Positions 37,323 to 50,245 of a stretch of 64,000 nucleotides of DNA are shown here, in pieces. The position numbers and the translations under genes were made by a program. The DNA is from Mobula hypostoma (taxonomy: Eukaryota). Every line of letters starts with the position of its first letter. Position 1 is the first letter of the stretch. The stretch is taken from the NCBI RefSeq assembly GCF_963921235.1, contig NC_086097.1, forward strand, positions 181,662,001-181,726,000. Direction: 5' to 3'. Below the pieces are notes generated by a model. That model saw nothing but the letters and a program-made list of their open reading frames with translations. It was not told where the DNA came from and did no database searches.

Positions 37323-40300
37323 CAGGTTTCCCCCCGCCATCCGAAGGTAGAGCGTTCCTATGAAACAGTTCATAAGCCGGAATGTCGTAAAGCGAAGAAG
37401 CAATTACCATTTATTTATATGGGAAATATTTGTGAGCATTCACAGACCCAAAAAATAACCTACCAAATCATGCCAAATAACACATAAAACCTAAAATAAC
37501 AGTAACATATAGCAAAAGCAGGAATGGTATGATAAATACACGGCCTATATAAATTAGAAATACTTCTCTACAACGATTGCCTGCACTGTTCTCCATAGCG
37601 AAAATCTCACGCAAGCGCTCTTGGCAAAACACTCTCTCCAGTAACCTTTAAGCTATGAAGCTGCCAAATCATAGAAACATAGAAAATAGGTGCAGGAGTA
37701 GGCCATTCGGCCCTTCGAGCCTGCACCGCCATTTATTATGATCATGGCTGATCATCCAACTCAGAACCCCGCCCCAGCCTTCCCTCCATACCCCCTGACC
37801 CCTGTAGCCACAAGGGCCATATCTAACTCCCTCTTAAACATAGCCAATGAACTGGCCTCAACAGTTTCCTGTGGCAGAGAATTCCACAGATTCACCACTC
37901 TCTGTGTGAAGAAGTTTTTCCTAATCTCAGTCCTAAAAGGCTTCCCCTCTATCCTCAAACTGTGACCCCTCGTTCTGGACTTCCCCAACATCGGGAACAA
38001 TCTTCCTGCATCTAGCCTGTCCAATCCCTTTAGGATCTTATACGTTTCAATCAGATCCCCCCTCAATCTTCTAAATTCCAATGAGTACAAGCCCAGTTCA
38101 TCCAGTCTTTCTTCATATGAAAGTCCTGCCATCCCAGGAATCAATCTGGTGAACCTTCTTTGTACTCCCTCTATGGCAAAGATGTCTTTCCTCAGATTAG
38201 GGGACCAAAACTGCACACAATACTCCAGGTGTGGTCTCACCAAGGCCTTGTACAACTGCAGTAGTACCTCCCTGCTCCTGTACTCGAATCCTCTCGCTAT
38301 AAATGCCAGCATACCATTCGCCTTTTTCACTGCCTGCTGTACCTGCATGCCCACTTTCAATGACTGGTGTATAATGACACCCAGGTCTCGTTGCACCTCC
38401 CCTTTTCCTAATCGGCCACCATTCAGATAATAATCTGTTTTCCTATTTTTGCCACCAAAGTGGATAACTTCACATTTATCCACATTAAATTGCATCTGCC
38501 ATGAGTTTGCCCACTCACCCAACCTATCCAAGTCACCCTGCATCCTCTTAGCATCTTCCTCACTGCTAACACTGCCACCCAGCTTCGTGTCATCCGCAAA
38601 CTTGGAGATGCTGCATTTAATTCCCTCATCCAAGTCATTAATATATATTGTAAACAACTGGGGTCCCAGCACTGAGCCTTGCGTTACCCCACTAGTCACC
38701 GCCTGCCATTCTGAAAAGGTCCCGTTTATTCCCACTCTTTGCTTCCTGTCTGCTAACCAATTCTCCACCCACACCAATACCTTACCCCCAATACCGTGTG
38801 CTTTAAGTTTGCACACTAATCTCCTGTGTGGGACCTTGTCAAAAGCCTTTTGAAAATCCAAATATACCACATCCACTGGTTCTCCCCTATCCACTCTACT
38901 AGTTACATCCTCAAAAAAATTCTATGAGATTTGTCAGACATGATTTTCCTTTCACAAATCCATGCTGACTTTGTCCGATCATTTCACCGCTTTCCAAATG
39001 TGCTGTTATCACATCCTTGATAACTGACTCCAGCAGTTTCCCCACCACCGACGTTAGGCTAACCGGTCTATAATTCCCCGGTTTCTCTCTCCCTCCTTTT
39101 TTAAAAAGTGGGGTTACATTAGCCACCCTCCAATCCTCAGGAACTAGTCCAGAATCTAACGAGTTTTGAAAAATTATCACTAATGCATCCACTATTTCTT
39201 GGGCTACTTCCTTAAGCACTCTGGGATGCAGACCATCTGGACCTGGGGATTTATCTGCCTTCAATCCCTTCAATTTACCTAACACCACTTCCCTACTAAC
39301 ATGTATTTCGCTCAGTTCCTCCATCTCACTGGACCCTCTGTCCCTTACTATTTCTGGAAGATTATTTATGTCCTCCTTAGTGAAGACAGAACCAAAGTAA
39401 TTATTCAATTGTTCTGCCATGTCCTTGCTCCCCATAATCAATTCACCTGTTTCTGTCTGCAGGGGACCTATATTTGTCTTTACCAGTCTTTTCCTTTTTA
39501 CATATCTATAAAAGCTTTCACAGTCCATTTTTATGTTCCCCGCCAGTTTTCTCTCATAATCTTTTTTCCCCTTCCTAATTAAGCCCTTTGTCCTCCTCTG
39601 CTGAACTCTGAATTTCTCCCAGTCCTCAGGTGAGCCACTTTCTCTGGCTAATTTGTATGCTACTTCTTTGGAATTGATACTATCCCTGATTTCTCTTGTC
39701 AGCCACGGGTGCACTACCTTCCTTGATTTATTCTTTTGCCAAACTGGGATGAACAATTGTTGTAGTTCATCCATGCAACCTTTAAATGCTTGCCATTGCA
39801 TATCCACCGTCAACCCTTTAAGTGTCATTTGCCAGTCTATCTTCGCTAATTCACGTCTCATACCTTCATAGTTACCCCTCTTTGAGTTCAGAACCTTTGT
39901 TTCTGAATTAACTATCTCGCTCTCCATATTAATGAAGAATTCCACCATATTATGGTCACTCTTACCCAAGGGGCCTCTCACGACAAGATCGCTAATTAAC
40001 CCTTCCTCATTGCTCAAAACCCAGTCCAGAATAGCCTGCTCTCTAGTTGGTTCCTCGACATGTTGGTTCAAAAAACCATCCCGCATACATTCCAAGAAGT
40101 CCTCTTCCTCAGCACCTTTACCAATTTGGTTCACCCAGTCTACATGTAGATTGAAGTCACCCATTATAACTGCTGTTATCATAGCAAATAAATCATAAAA
40201 ATACACAGCCTATATAAAGTAGAAATAATGTATGTACGGTGTAGTATCACTTACTGGAATTAGGAAGTTAACGCCAAGCACACTGATGACGGTGTGTTAG

Positions 40301-41417
40301 GCTGAGTTGTCGGAGGTTGGGGTGGTGGGGTGGTGCAGTGGCCCCCACCCTCCAGGCAGCGAACCGATACCGATCCGCAAAGCATGCAGGGGTACAGTGG
40401 TAGCCGGGACGCATCCAGCACATCTTTAAGAAAAAAAGCCGAAATAAACAAGCTAACTAATTTACGTGCCGGGCGGCACCTAATTAATTAGCTTGTTTAT
40501 TTTGGCTTTTTTCTAAAAGACATGCTGGGTGCCTCCCGGCTACCGCTGCATTCTCTGCGAATTGGTATCTGTCCGCAGCCCGGAGGTTGGGACCACTGGG
40601 GTGTCATCTCATCGTCGATCAGGGCAGGAAGGTCATCTTCTTCTGTGTCTGCCTGCCTCGATGTCGAAGGTCAAGGTTCGTCGTCAGCTGTGGCTGATGT
40701 GGAAGGCTTGACAAACGATAGTATGCTTGACTGCTGGCCTCGCGCATTTTTCAATCATACAGTTCTTTGTAAGGACTCAAACCATCCTGCAAATATGCCC
40801 TAAACCAACATACCCTTTCAAAATTAAAGTCGTACTTTTCTGCAATCATTGCAGTGAAAATCTCACATAGTTGCTTCACATTCAGTTCCTGGACGACTTC
40901 ACTTTTGGTCCATTCGCTACTGCATTCGGTTTCAATTGTTATCCTTTCCTCTTCCAATTGCATCAGCTCCTCATCTATCAGTTCTTGGTCATGGGATGCC
41001 AAAACCTCTTCAACATCATCTTTGTCAACTTCCACAAGCCAAACTCACTTTGTCCTTACTTCGTTCACCATGATCAAAACGCTTAATTATGTCTAGTTTT
41101 ACGCTAAGTGCAACACCCTTACGAGCTCTTTTAGGCTTTTCCAATACCTTAGAACTCATCTTGCTAATGGCTGCTCACAGGCACATGTTTAAGCAACACT
41201 GGCAAGAATGCCGTTCCGAATCCAGGGGAGAGCGGCTGCTCGGGGCGCACGCTGCTTTTTTTTGCGCGCTGCCTTTTATCGGCACTGTTTTTTCTCGTGC
41301 GCTGCTTTTTTCATAACAGTGAAAACACCTTCTGTTAGCGAAAACAGGTAACTAATGTAGGCCTTTCGTAACAGCGAGATTTCGTAAAGCAAACGTTCAA
41401 AAAGCAGGGGACACCTG
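37323..41417 (-). mobile_element. Internally deleted Tigger/pogo DNA transposon interrupted by CR1
   Basis: TIRs CAGGT.TCCCC, TA TSD on both sides; N-terminus MSSKVLEKPKRARKGVALSVKLDIIKRFDHGER (ATG at 41159, CENP-B-type HTH) abuts C-terminal DDVEEVLASHDQELIDEELMQLEE. Confidence 0.85.
37674..40177 (-). mobile_element. Very young 5'-truncated CR1 LINE (ORF2)
   Basis: ORF2 open from IMGDFN to the natural stop at 37761 except one frameshift in an A7 run (38913-38919); TSD ATCATA at 37668-37673 and 40178-40183. Confidence 0.95.
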
Positions 41418-44091
41418 TACAGAGAGACAGGAAGTAAGAGAAGAGATTAGGGAGAACATCATGGCAGTACCGAGAGAGGATATCCCAGGGAAAATGTTCA
41501 GCAAGGCCATTCCGGTAGACTATAGAAACAAGGAGTGATCACTTTGTTGGGCTTGTTACTTTGGGCTCCACAATAATAAGTGAAAATTAGAGGAGCAAAT
41601 ATGTAGGGAGGTCATAGATAAATGTAGGAATAATAGGTTTAGAATGGTAGGTGAGTTAAACTTCACTCACATTGACTGGCTTGCCACAGTGCCAAGGAAT
41701 TAGATGGGATAGTTTGTTAAGGGTGTCTAGGAAAGATTTCTGAAACAATTTATTGATGGCCCGACAAAACAAAGGGCTAAATTCCTCTGGAAAATAAGGC
41801 TGAGCAAGAGGCTCAGTGACAGCACAGAGACCATAATTCTATTAGTTTCATGAAAGTCATGGAAAAGATTAGACTGGTCTACAAGTCAAAGTCCTAAAAT
41901 GGGGAAAGAATAATTTCAATGGAACTTGAAAAAGTTGACTAGGAGAGGCTATTTGTAGGTAAAGGGCCTTCTGCTAAGTGGGAGGCTTTTAAAGTGAAAC
42001 AAGAAGAGTTCAGGGACACCATGTTCTTGAGAGTGAAAGGCAAGGCTGACAGGATTTGGGATCTCAGTCTGATGAGGATCGTCAAGAAAATGGTATATAT
42101 CAGGTATGGGCATTTGAGATCAAGTGAGTCCCTTGAAAAGTACAGGAAAGAGTAAACAAGATAAAGGAGGATTGTTTAAAAAAAGCAAAGGGTAACTAGT
42201 CTCCTTATGGATCAATGTAGTCATCTATGTGTTGAACCACAGGAGATGAGCAAGGTCTGAAATGAATATTTGCTGTCTGTATTTGACAGTGAGCCTTACA
42301 TCAGTGGTGGGAAAGTTATTAGATGGGATTCTGTGGGATTGGATCTATCTGCATTTGGAAATTGCAGTACATAATGTACTGGGTGGGCACAGGAGTACAT
42401 TCAGCCAGAGACTCATTCCACCGAGATGCAGCACAGAGTGTCATAGGAAGTCATTCCTACCTGTAGCCATCAAACTTTACAACTCCTCCCTTGGAGGGTC
42501 AGACACCCTGAGCCAATAGGCTGGTCCTGGCCTTATTTCATAATTTACTGGCATAATTTACATATTACTATTTAACTATTTATGGTTCTATTACTATTTA
42601 TTATTTATGGTGCAACTGTAACGAAAACCAATTTCCCCCGGGATCAATAAAGTATGACTATGACTAAATTCAAGGACTAATTACAGGCAGTCAGAGTGGC
42701 TTTGTATATGGAAAATCAAATCTCGCAAAATTGACTTGAGTATTTCTTTTAGCAAGTGACAAAGAGGAGACTGATGAGGGCAGGGTAGTAGATGCCTGCA
42801 TGGACTTTAGCAAGGCTTTTCAAATACGGTTGGCTGATTCAGAAGGTCAGAACACATGGGATCCAAAGAGCAGCAGCAAATTGGATACAAAACTGGCTTG
42901 GTCGAAGGAGACAGCGGATATAATGAAAGATCGTTTTTCATATTAGAGGCCTGAAACCAAAAGTGTGCCACAGGAATCAGTGCTGGAGCCCCTCTTGTCA
43001 TATATTAGTTATTGATTTAAAGTGTGTAGGGTCAATAAGGTTGCACATTATACCAAAATTGGTGATGTGGGAATGAAGAATGTTGTCTTATGTTACAACA
43101 AGATATCAATACTGGGAAAGTGGGCAAGGTCATAGCTGATGGAATTTAATTCAGACAATTGAGAAGTCTGTACTTTAGGAATGACACACAGTGAATGGCA
43201 GAACCCTGGGAAGTGTTATTGAAAAGAGATGCCTTTGGGTACAAATACAAGGTTCTCTGAAAGTGACAATAAAGGTTGGTGGGATGGTGAGGGTGGCATT
43301 TGGCACATTGCTATTCAACAGTCTGGGCAATGACTACAAGAGTTGGCACGTCATGTTTGAGCCATACACGATGTTCATGACACCACACCTGCTGTATTGT
43401 GTGTAGTTCCAGTTGCCACACTATAAGAAAGAAGTGATGAAGCTGGAAAGGGTGCATGTTACAGATATGTGGGTCTTGACCAAAGAAAAAGATGGCCAGA
43501 GTTTCTTAGCACTATAGTACAAGGGTGCTTATTCAGAATGTCAAAAAACCAAAATTTTAAAAATTAGTGAAAAGAGCAAAAAGCTACCAATATTAACAAA
43601 AAGATATCCATCAGAAAACACAATAACAGCTCTACATGTTGCCCAGTGTGAACTCCCGGCAGTTCAATCTCTCTCTCTCTCCCCGATTGAAAGCTATTCG
43701 CCACTTCTTTTAAGGCACCAGACATACCATCATTAACTACAAAGTTAATTTAAGACAACATATGAATTAGGATATAAAACACCCCACAATACAGTTACAA
43801 TCATATTATAAAATAAACAGAAGTATCTACTTTAAATACAGTACACAAAAAACATATACACATTTACATATCCCTATTTCTAAATAAATGGAATATTCTG
43901 CCGTGAATGGCAGGAAGGGCACCACAAAGCCAAACCCTTCAGGACCAATGCAGTAGAGGGTTGGGGGGGGGGGGCAGGCAAGGGGGAGTGCTGGCAGGAA
44001 AAAGGGAAGAGAGGGGGAGGGAGCGGGTGAGGAGGAGAGAGAGAGGGGAGAGGAGGAGGAGGAGAGGGGTGAGGAGGGGGGTGAGGAGAGC

Positions 44092-44190
44092 GAGGCGGGG
44101 GAGGAGAGAGAGGCGGGGGAGGAGAGAGAGGCGGGGGAGGAGAGAGAGGCGGGGGAGGAGAGAGAGGCGGGGGAGGAGAGAGGCGGGGAG
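44092..44190. repeat. 18-bp purine-rich minisatellite (GAGGCGGGGGAGGAGAGA) x ~5
   Basis: Direct tandem copies within an A/G-rich tract at ~43960-44210. Confidence 0.9.
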
Positions 44191-44596
44191 GGGGAGGGGA
44201 GTGAGAAAGAAAATGCACATGGTATACAGAGAGTTCTTATCAAGAGTTCTCCATCACAGTACAGAAAAGATTCACAATGTCGCTGCCAGAAATAGAGGGC
44301 TTCTGTTACAAAGACAGCCTGAATCGGTTGGGACTGTTTTCCCTGGAGTGAAGGAGGCTGAAAGAGGACCTTATGGAGGTTTAAAATCACATACACCCTG
44401 AATGGTCACAATCTTTTCTCTGGGTGGTGGTGGTCTAAACCTTGAGGGCAGAGGTTTGAGGTGAGAGGACAGATAATTAAAGGGAACATTAAGGGCAGGT
44501 TTCTCTCAAAAGGTCGTGGGTATATGGAACAAGCTGTAGGGGAAGTTTGAGAGGTGGAGATAATTACTGTGTTTAAAAGATAGTTATACAGACTCA

Positions 44597-44741
44597 CGAC
44601 ACGCTGGAGGAACTCAGCAGGTTAGGCAGCATCCGTGGAAACGTCGACTTATCATCTCCACGGATGCTGCCCGACCTGCTGAGTTCCTCCAGCGTGTTGT
44701 GAGTGTTTTGACCCCAGCATCTGCAGATTATTTTGTGTTAC
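44597..44741. mobile_element. Short palindromic Penelope-terminus insertion
   Basis: ACACGCTGGAGGAACTCAGCAGG...CCTGCTGAGTTCCTCCAGCGTGT hairpin; 13-bp TSD TTATACAGACTCA at 44584-44596 and 44742-44754. Confidence 0.8.
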
Positions 44742-45029
44742 TTATACAGACTCATTGATAGAAAATGTTAAAGGAGGTGGTTCAAAAGCAGGAAAATTAG
44801 ACTAACTCAGGAAAGCACCTTGGTCAGCATGGATCTGTTGGGCCAAAGGTCCTGATTCTTGCTGTAAACTCTGTCCCTAAATGTAGGCAAGTAGGAGTAG
44901 TACAGGTAAATCTGATGATTGGCACTGATGCCGTGGGCCAAAGGGCCTATTCTACGTTGTATAACTCACTGACTAACCTCCTTTTCTCCAAGAACAATCA
45001 GAACTTCTCCTGTTCGACCATAAGCTGTA

Positions 45030-48000
45030 TAAGAAAGAGATAACCACATTAATGGGATTATGTTGTAGAGCATCCAATATTCAGCAGGATTTAAAGAAGC
45101 AGAATTGTAGAGAAAGCAGACAGTTGGAAGAAAAATAGGATTGTGATTGTAGATTATTTTAACTTCCTACATATTGATTGGGACTGATATTGTAAAAGGA
45201 CTGGATGGGATAGTTTGTCAAATGTGTTCAGAAAGTTTCTTTAATCAATATGTAGAGGTCCTAACTAGCAATGGCAAAATATTAGATCTCCTATAGGGGA
45301 GGTGACAAAAGTGTGTGTCAGGGAACACGATCATAATTCCATTAGTTTCATTTGTGGAGAAGGATTGGACTGGTCCTCAGGTTAAGATTCCAAATTGGAG
45401 AAAAGCCAATTTTGATGGCATTTGAAGATCTGGCAGGTGTGGATTGGGATAGGTGTTTTTTGACAAAGAAATGCTTGGTAAATGGGAGGCCTTCAAAAGT
45501 GAAATATTAAGAGTACAGAGTTTATATGTTCCTGTTAGAATAAGAGGCAAGGATAACAGGTTTAGGAACCTTGGTTTGAGAGATATTGTGCCACGGCTAA
45601 GAAAAAAAAGGTTGTGCACAGTAGGTGTCGGCAGGTAGCTACAAATAAGGTACTTGAGGAGTACAAGGAATGCAAGAGAACACCTAAGTAGGAAACCAGA
45701 AGGGCTAAAAGAAGGCATGAGGATGCTCTGGTAGACAAGGTAAAGGAGAAACCCAAGGGTTTCCACAGATATACTGCATTTAGAGCAAAAGAATAGCAAG
45801 TGACAAAATAGGTGCACCTCAAGATCAGCACAGTCATCTATGCAAGGAGCTGAAAGAGACAGGGGAGATCTTTAAATGGATTGCACTTGAAAGATAGAGT
45901 CTATATAACCAAGGCAAAACAGTAGAGGGGTCATGAACTGTTTCCAGATTACTGGAGAGGAATTGCTTGCTATCTGGAGGCAAATTAGGGCCTGACAAGG
46001 TATCTTTTCAGACCTTGTGCAGAAACTGGGCCCGGCAGAGGCACTTAAAACTTCCTTAACTCCATGAGGTACCGGAGAGCTGGAAGATAGCTAATGTTAT
46101 TCTGTTCTTAAAGAAAGGCTCTAAGAATAAGCTGTGAAACGATTGGCCAGTGAGCTATCAGTAAAGGGTAAATTATGAAGTATTTTAAAGAATCAGGATA
46201 TGTAAGTATTTGGAAAGATAGGGCCTGATTAGGGATAGTGAACATGGTTTTGTGCATGGTAGTTTTGCCTAATAAATCTTATTTATGAGCAGATTACCAT
46301 GAAAGTTGTGAGGGAAAGGCAGTGGATCTTATCTACTGTACATGGACTTTAGCAAGTCCTTTTGACAAACTCCCACATGGGAGGCTGGTCCAGAAGTTTC
46401 AGTTGCTTGGCATTCAGGATGAAAAAGTCAACTGGATTCAACATTGGCTTAGTGCAGGGTTTTTTAATCTGGGGTACGCGGATAGATTCCAGGGGTCCGT
46501 AAACTTGGATGGGAAAAAGTTTACATTTTTATTTTCGGGAACCTTTAACTGAAATTTCCCATTTCCTTCAATTATGAACGTAGGCAACAAACAACAGTAG
46601 TATTACCAGTACCTGTGAATTTGTCAGCAATCGAAGTCACAGACACTTTCATATCACGTTACAGTTGTTACAATATATTATTCTGAGAAGGGGTCCATAG
46701 GCTTCACTGGACTGTCAGAAGGGGCCACAGCATATAAAAGGTTAAGAACCTCTGACTTAGTGGGAGAATCCAAAGAGTGGAAGTAAATGGTTGCTTCTCT
46801 GACTGGAAGCCTATGACTAGTGGCATGCCACAGGGATCGGTGCTAGGTTCGTTGTTGTTTGTCATCTATATCAATGTTTTGATAATAGCACCTGGCACTC
46901 AACGTCAGTAAGACAAAAGAGCTGATTGTGGACTTACGGAAGGGTAAGACGAAGGAACACATACCAATCCTCATAGAAGGATCAGAAGTGGAGAGAGTGA
47001 GCAGTTTCAAGTTCCTAGGTGTCAAATCTCTGAGGATCTAACCTCGTCTCAACATACTGATGCGGTTATAAAGAAGGCAAGACAGCGGCTATACTTCATT
47101 AGGAGTCTGAAGAGACTTGGTATGCCAACAAATACACTCAAAAACTTCTATAGATGTACCGCGGAAAGCATTTTGACAGGCTGCATCACAATCTGGTATG
47201 GGGGGGGCGGGGGCGCTACTGCACAGGACTGAAAGAAGCTACAGAGGGCTGTAAATTTAGTCAGCTCCATCTTGGGTACTAGCCTACAAAGTACCCACAG
47301 CATCTTCAAGGACCAGTGTCTCAGAAAAGCAGCGTCCATTATTAAGGACCTCCAGCACCCCAGGGCACGCCCATTTCTCACTGTTACCATCAGGTTGGAG
47401 GTACAGAAGCCTGAAGGCACACACTCAGCAATTCAGGAACCGCTTCTTCTCCTCTGCCATCCAATTCCTAAATGGACATTGAACCCTTGGACGCTGCCTC
47501 ACTTTTTTTTAATATATCGTATTTCTGATTTTTTTGCACAATTTTTAATCTATTCAATATAAGTATACTATATAAAGTATGCAGAATAAGATTTGCTTAT
47601 TTATTTATTCTTTTTTTTTCTTCTGATTTATGTATTGCATTGAACTGCTGCTAAGTTAACAAATGCCAGTGATAATAAACTTGACTTTGATAATGTGCTA
47701 AACTGGACCAGCAGACACCAAGATGGGGAGGGGGGGGTGTTGTGGACAGCGAATAAGACAGGTTTGTGAAAAAAGCTTTCAGTACATTAGCCTTCATAAA
47801 TTATAGCATTGAGTACAGGAGTTGGGATATTATTTTGAAGTTGTATAAGATTTTCATGAGGCCTAATTTGCAGTATTGCGCGCAGTTTGATACCTACATA
47901 CAGAAAAGCTTATCAATATAATTGAAAGACTTCAGAGAAACTTTACAAGGATGTTGCCAACACTTTATGACCAGAGTTACTGGGAAAGGTTGAATCGGTT

Positions 48001-48300
48001 CGGACTTTATTCCCTGAAGTGTAGGAGAATGAGGGGAGATACGACTGAAGTATTCAAAATTATGAGGGGTATAGGTATGGTAAATGCAAGCAGGCTTTTC
48101 AACTGAGGTTGGGCGAGACAACAAACTAGAGCTCATCGGTTATGGGTGTAAGGTGAAATATTTAATGGGAACACCTCAAGGAGACAATTCTTCACTCAAG
48201 ATGGTGGTGTAAGTGTGGAATGAGCTGCCAGTGAAAGTGGTGGAAGAGGGTTTGATTGCAACATTTAAGAGAAGTTTGAATAAGTACATGGATGGGGCTG
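45030..48300 (+). mobile_element. Old CR1 ORF2 related to 11900-15718, with nested hAT MITE and Rex-type 3' end (~46885-47690)
   Basis: [40 protein letters not shown] remnants. Confidence 0.8.
46455..46754. mobile_element. hAT-type MITE
   Basis: TIRs CAGGGTTTTTTAATC / GGTTAAGAACCTCTG; 8-bp TSD GCTTAGTG / ACTTAGTG. Confidence 0.8.
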
Positions 48301-49735
48301 CATGGGGTGTATGGTGTGTAAACCATACCCCTCCATTCTCCACTCATCCATGTACCTATTCAAATTTCTCTTAAATATTGAAATTGAATGCACATCTTTC
48401 CTGTAAGTAGGTGACCAAAGCTGTACACAATATTCCAAATTTGGCCTCATCAACATCTTATACAACATCAACATTACATTCCTCTAGTCAATACTTTGAC
48501 TTATGAAGGCCAATGTGTCAAAAGCTTTATGACCCTATCACAAAATACATATTGACTCTTCTCATTCCCCCTTCACTTGTGTGTTTATCAGTTCTATCCA
48601 ATCAGGAAGTTGTGGGACTAAATCCAAAGATTTAAAGACAAAATCCAGGCTAACATTTCTGTACAGTATAAGAGATGCTACACTGTTGGAGGCAAAGTCC
48701 TTTAATAGAAAAGCTGTGAGACCTTGTATCACTTGCCTAATAGACATGAAAGAAATCACATGCAGAACTGAAAAAGGAGCAAAAGGACAGAAAAGGCACT
48801 GTTTGTTTTCTGAGTATAGGCATTCACTCTACTGCCCTGGCCAATGTTTAACACACCACACACAAAAAAAAACTGATCATGATGCAACAATGTTTGCAAA
48901 AGCTCAATGCAGTTCCTATAGTACCTGCCAAATTAATGGTCCCAAGAGGTCTTGCATTATCCCAAGATAAAAAAAAGCTGCCACAAAAATATATCCCATA
49001 CTTAATGTAAATGAGGACTGGTCTGCAGTACAATCCCCTTCCTGGTTATGACAAGCAAGGCAAGCAGTCAGTTTATCCGGCCACTGATCTGTAACTGGGG
49101 TGTACATACACATATGCACACTCTTGCCAAGATATCAATCAGTAAAAGGACACCTCACTATTATCCCTTTCATCAAGGGAACTGGGGCAGTGGTCAGCAG
49201 GCAGTGAAGAACATTATGATAATTATAAGGGATGTGGCCGTACAATAAGAAAGGAAATCAAGAAAGCAAAGAAGCCACAAACTATCTAAGCAATTGAGAT
49301 AAACAAAATTACTAAGAGATTTTACAAGTACATTCAGTATCAGTGCTGTAATCTATTGTGGAGCCCCGGTTTAACGAGATTTTTTCAAATGAATACTTTC
49401 ACTTGTGTCTGTGGTGGAAAGAGCATTATCAACATGGTTTTGTTCATGGGAGATCACACCTTGCAAATTTGGCTGAATTTTTTTTTGAGGTGACCAAGAA
49501 GATCAACAAAGGGAAAGTAGCGAACATATACGGACTTTGGTGAAGCCTTTGACAAAGTCTGAACGGTAAGCTTGTTCAGAAACTTGGGATACATGGGATC
49601 CAGGGTGAGCTAACCAATTGGATAAAAATTGGCTTGCTCACACAAGACAGAAGATAGTATTGGAGGTTTGACTGGAGACCTGTGAGAAGTGAGGTGCTGC
49701 AAAAATCAATGGTGGGTCCTTTATTGTTGGTCATA

Positions 49736-50245
49736 CAGTACTATTCACAAGTACATATTTATAGCTATCTGTATCCAGAGTGCCTAAGACTTTGCACGCT
49801 ACTGTACTGCCTTTATGGATTGCACTCTGCTGCTGCCACAAAAAAACTAATTCCGTGACATATGTGAATGAAGATAAACCTGATTCTGATATGGGTCTCT
49901 ATTGTGGACTGAGAGTAGGAAGGGTGCAGGCTGCAGGGAGAGAGGAATCATGGTTGGGAAGAGGGGTGGGAGTGGGAAGCACCAGACATACATTCTGTAA
50001 TGATAAATAAAACAATTATTTCATATCCTTGCCTTGTGTCTCAGGGCTGGATGTATCTGGACCTGTGCCATACCCCATCTCTGCCACCTGTCCCACTGCA
50101 CTCCACTCCACTCTCACCATTCCAAACATCCTTTGCTCCCACCAGATTTACAAACTCACTCTGTTCCACGTTGACAAATTCAGTACAGTGCAAAAGTCTT
50201 AGGCACCCTAGCTATATATGTGCTTAAGACTTCTGCACAGCACTG
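49736..50245. mobile_element. Tc1/mariner-type composite MITE within an old CR1
   Basis: CAGTAC.GTGCAAAAGTCTTAGGCAC-type TIRs; TA flanks on both sides. Confidence 0.7.

Larger units (their letters stand above)
41420..44880 (+). mobile_element. Old CR1 ORF2 remnants with nested Rex-type 3' end (~42360-42665) and other insertions
   Basis: LTSVVGKLL and GTLLFNSLG...YKSW remnants; continues the CR1 interrupted by Tigger at 37322. Confidence 0.65.

Noticed and set aside
43827..44401. Pro/Ser/Arg-rich ORFs
   Set aside because: They are translations of the 18-bp minisatellite in several frames.
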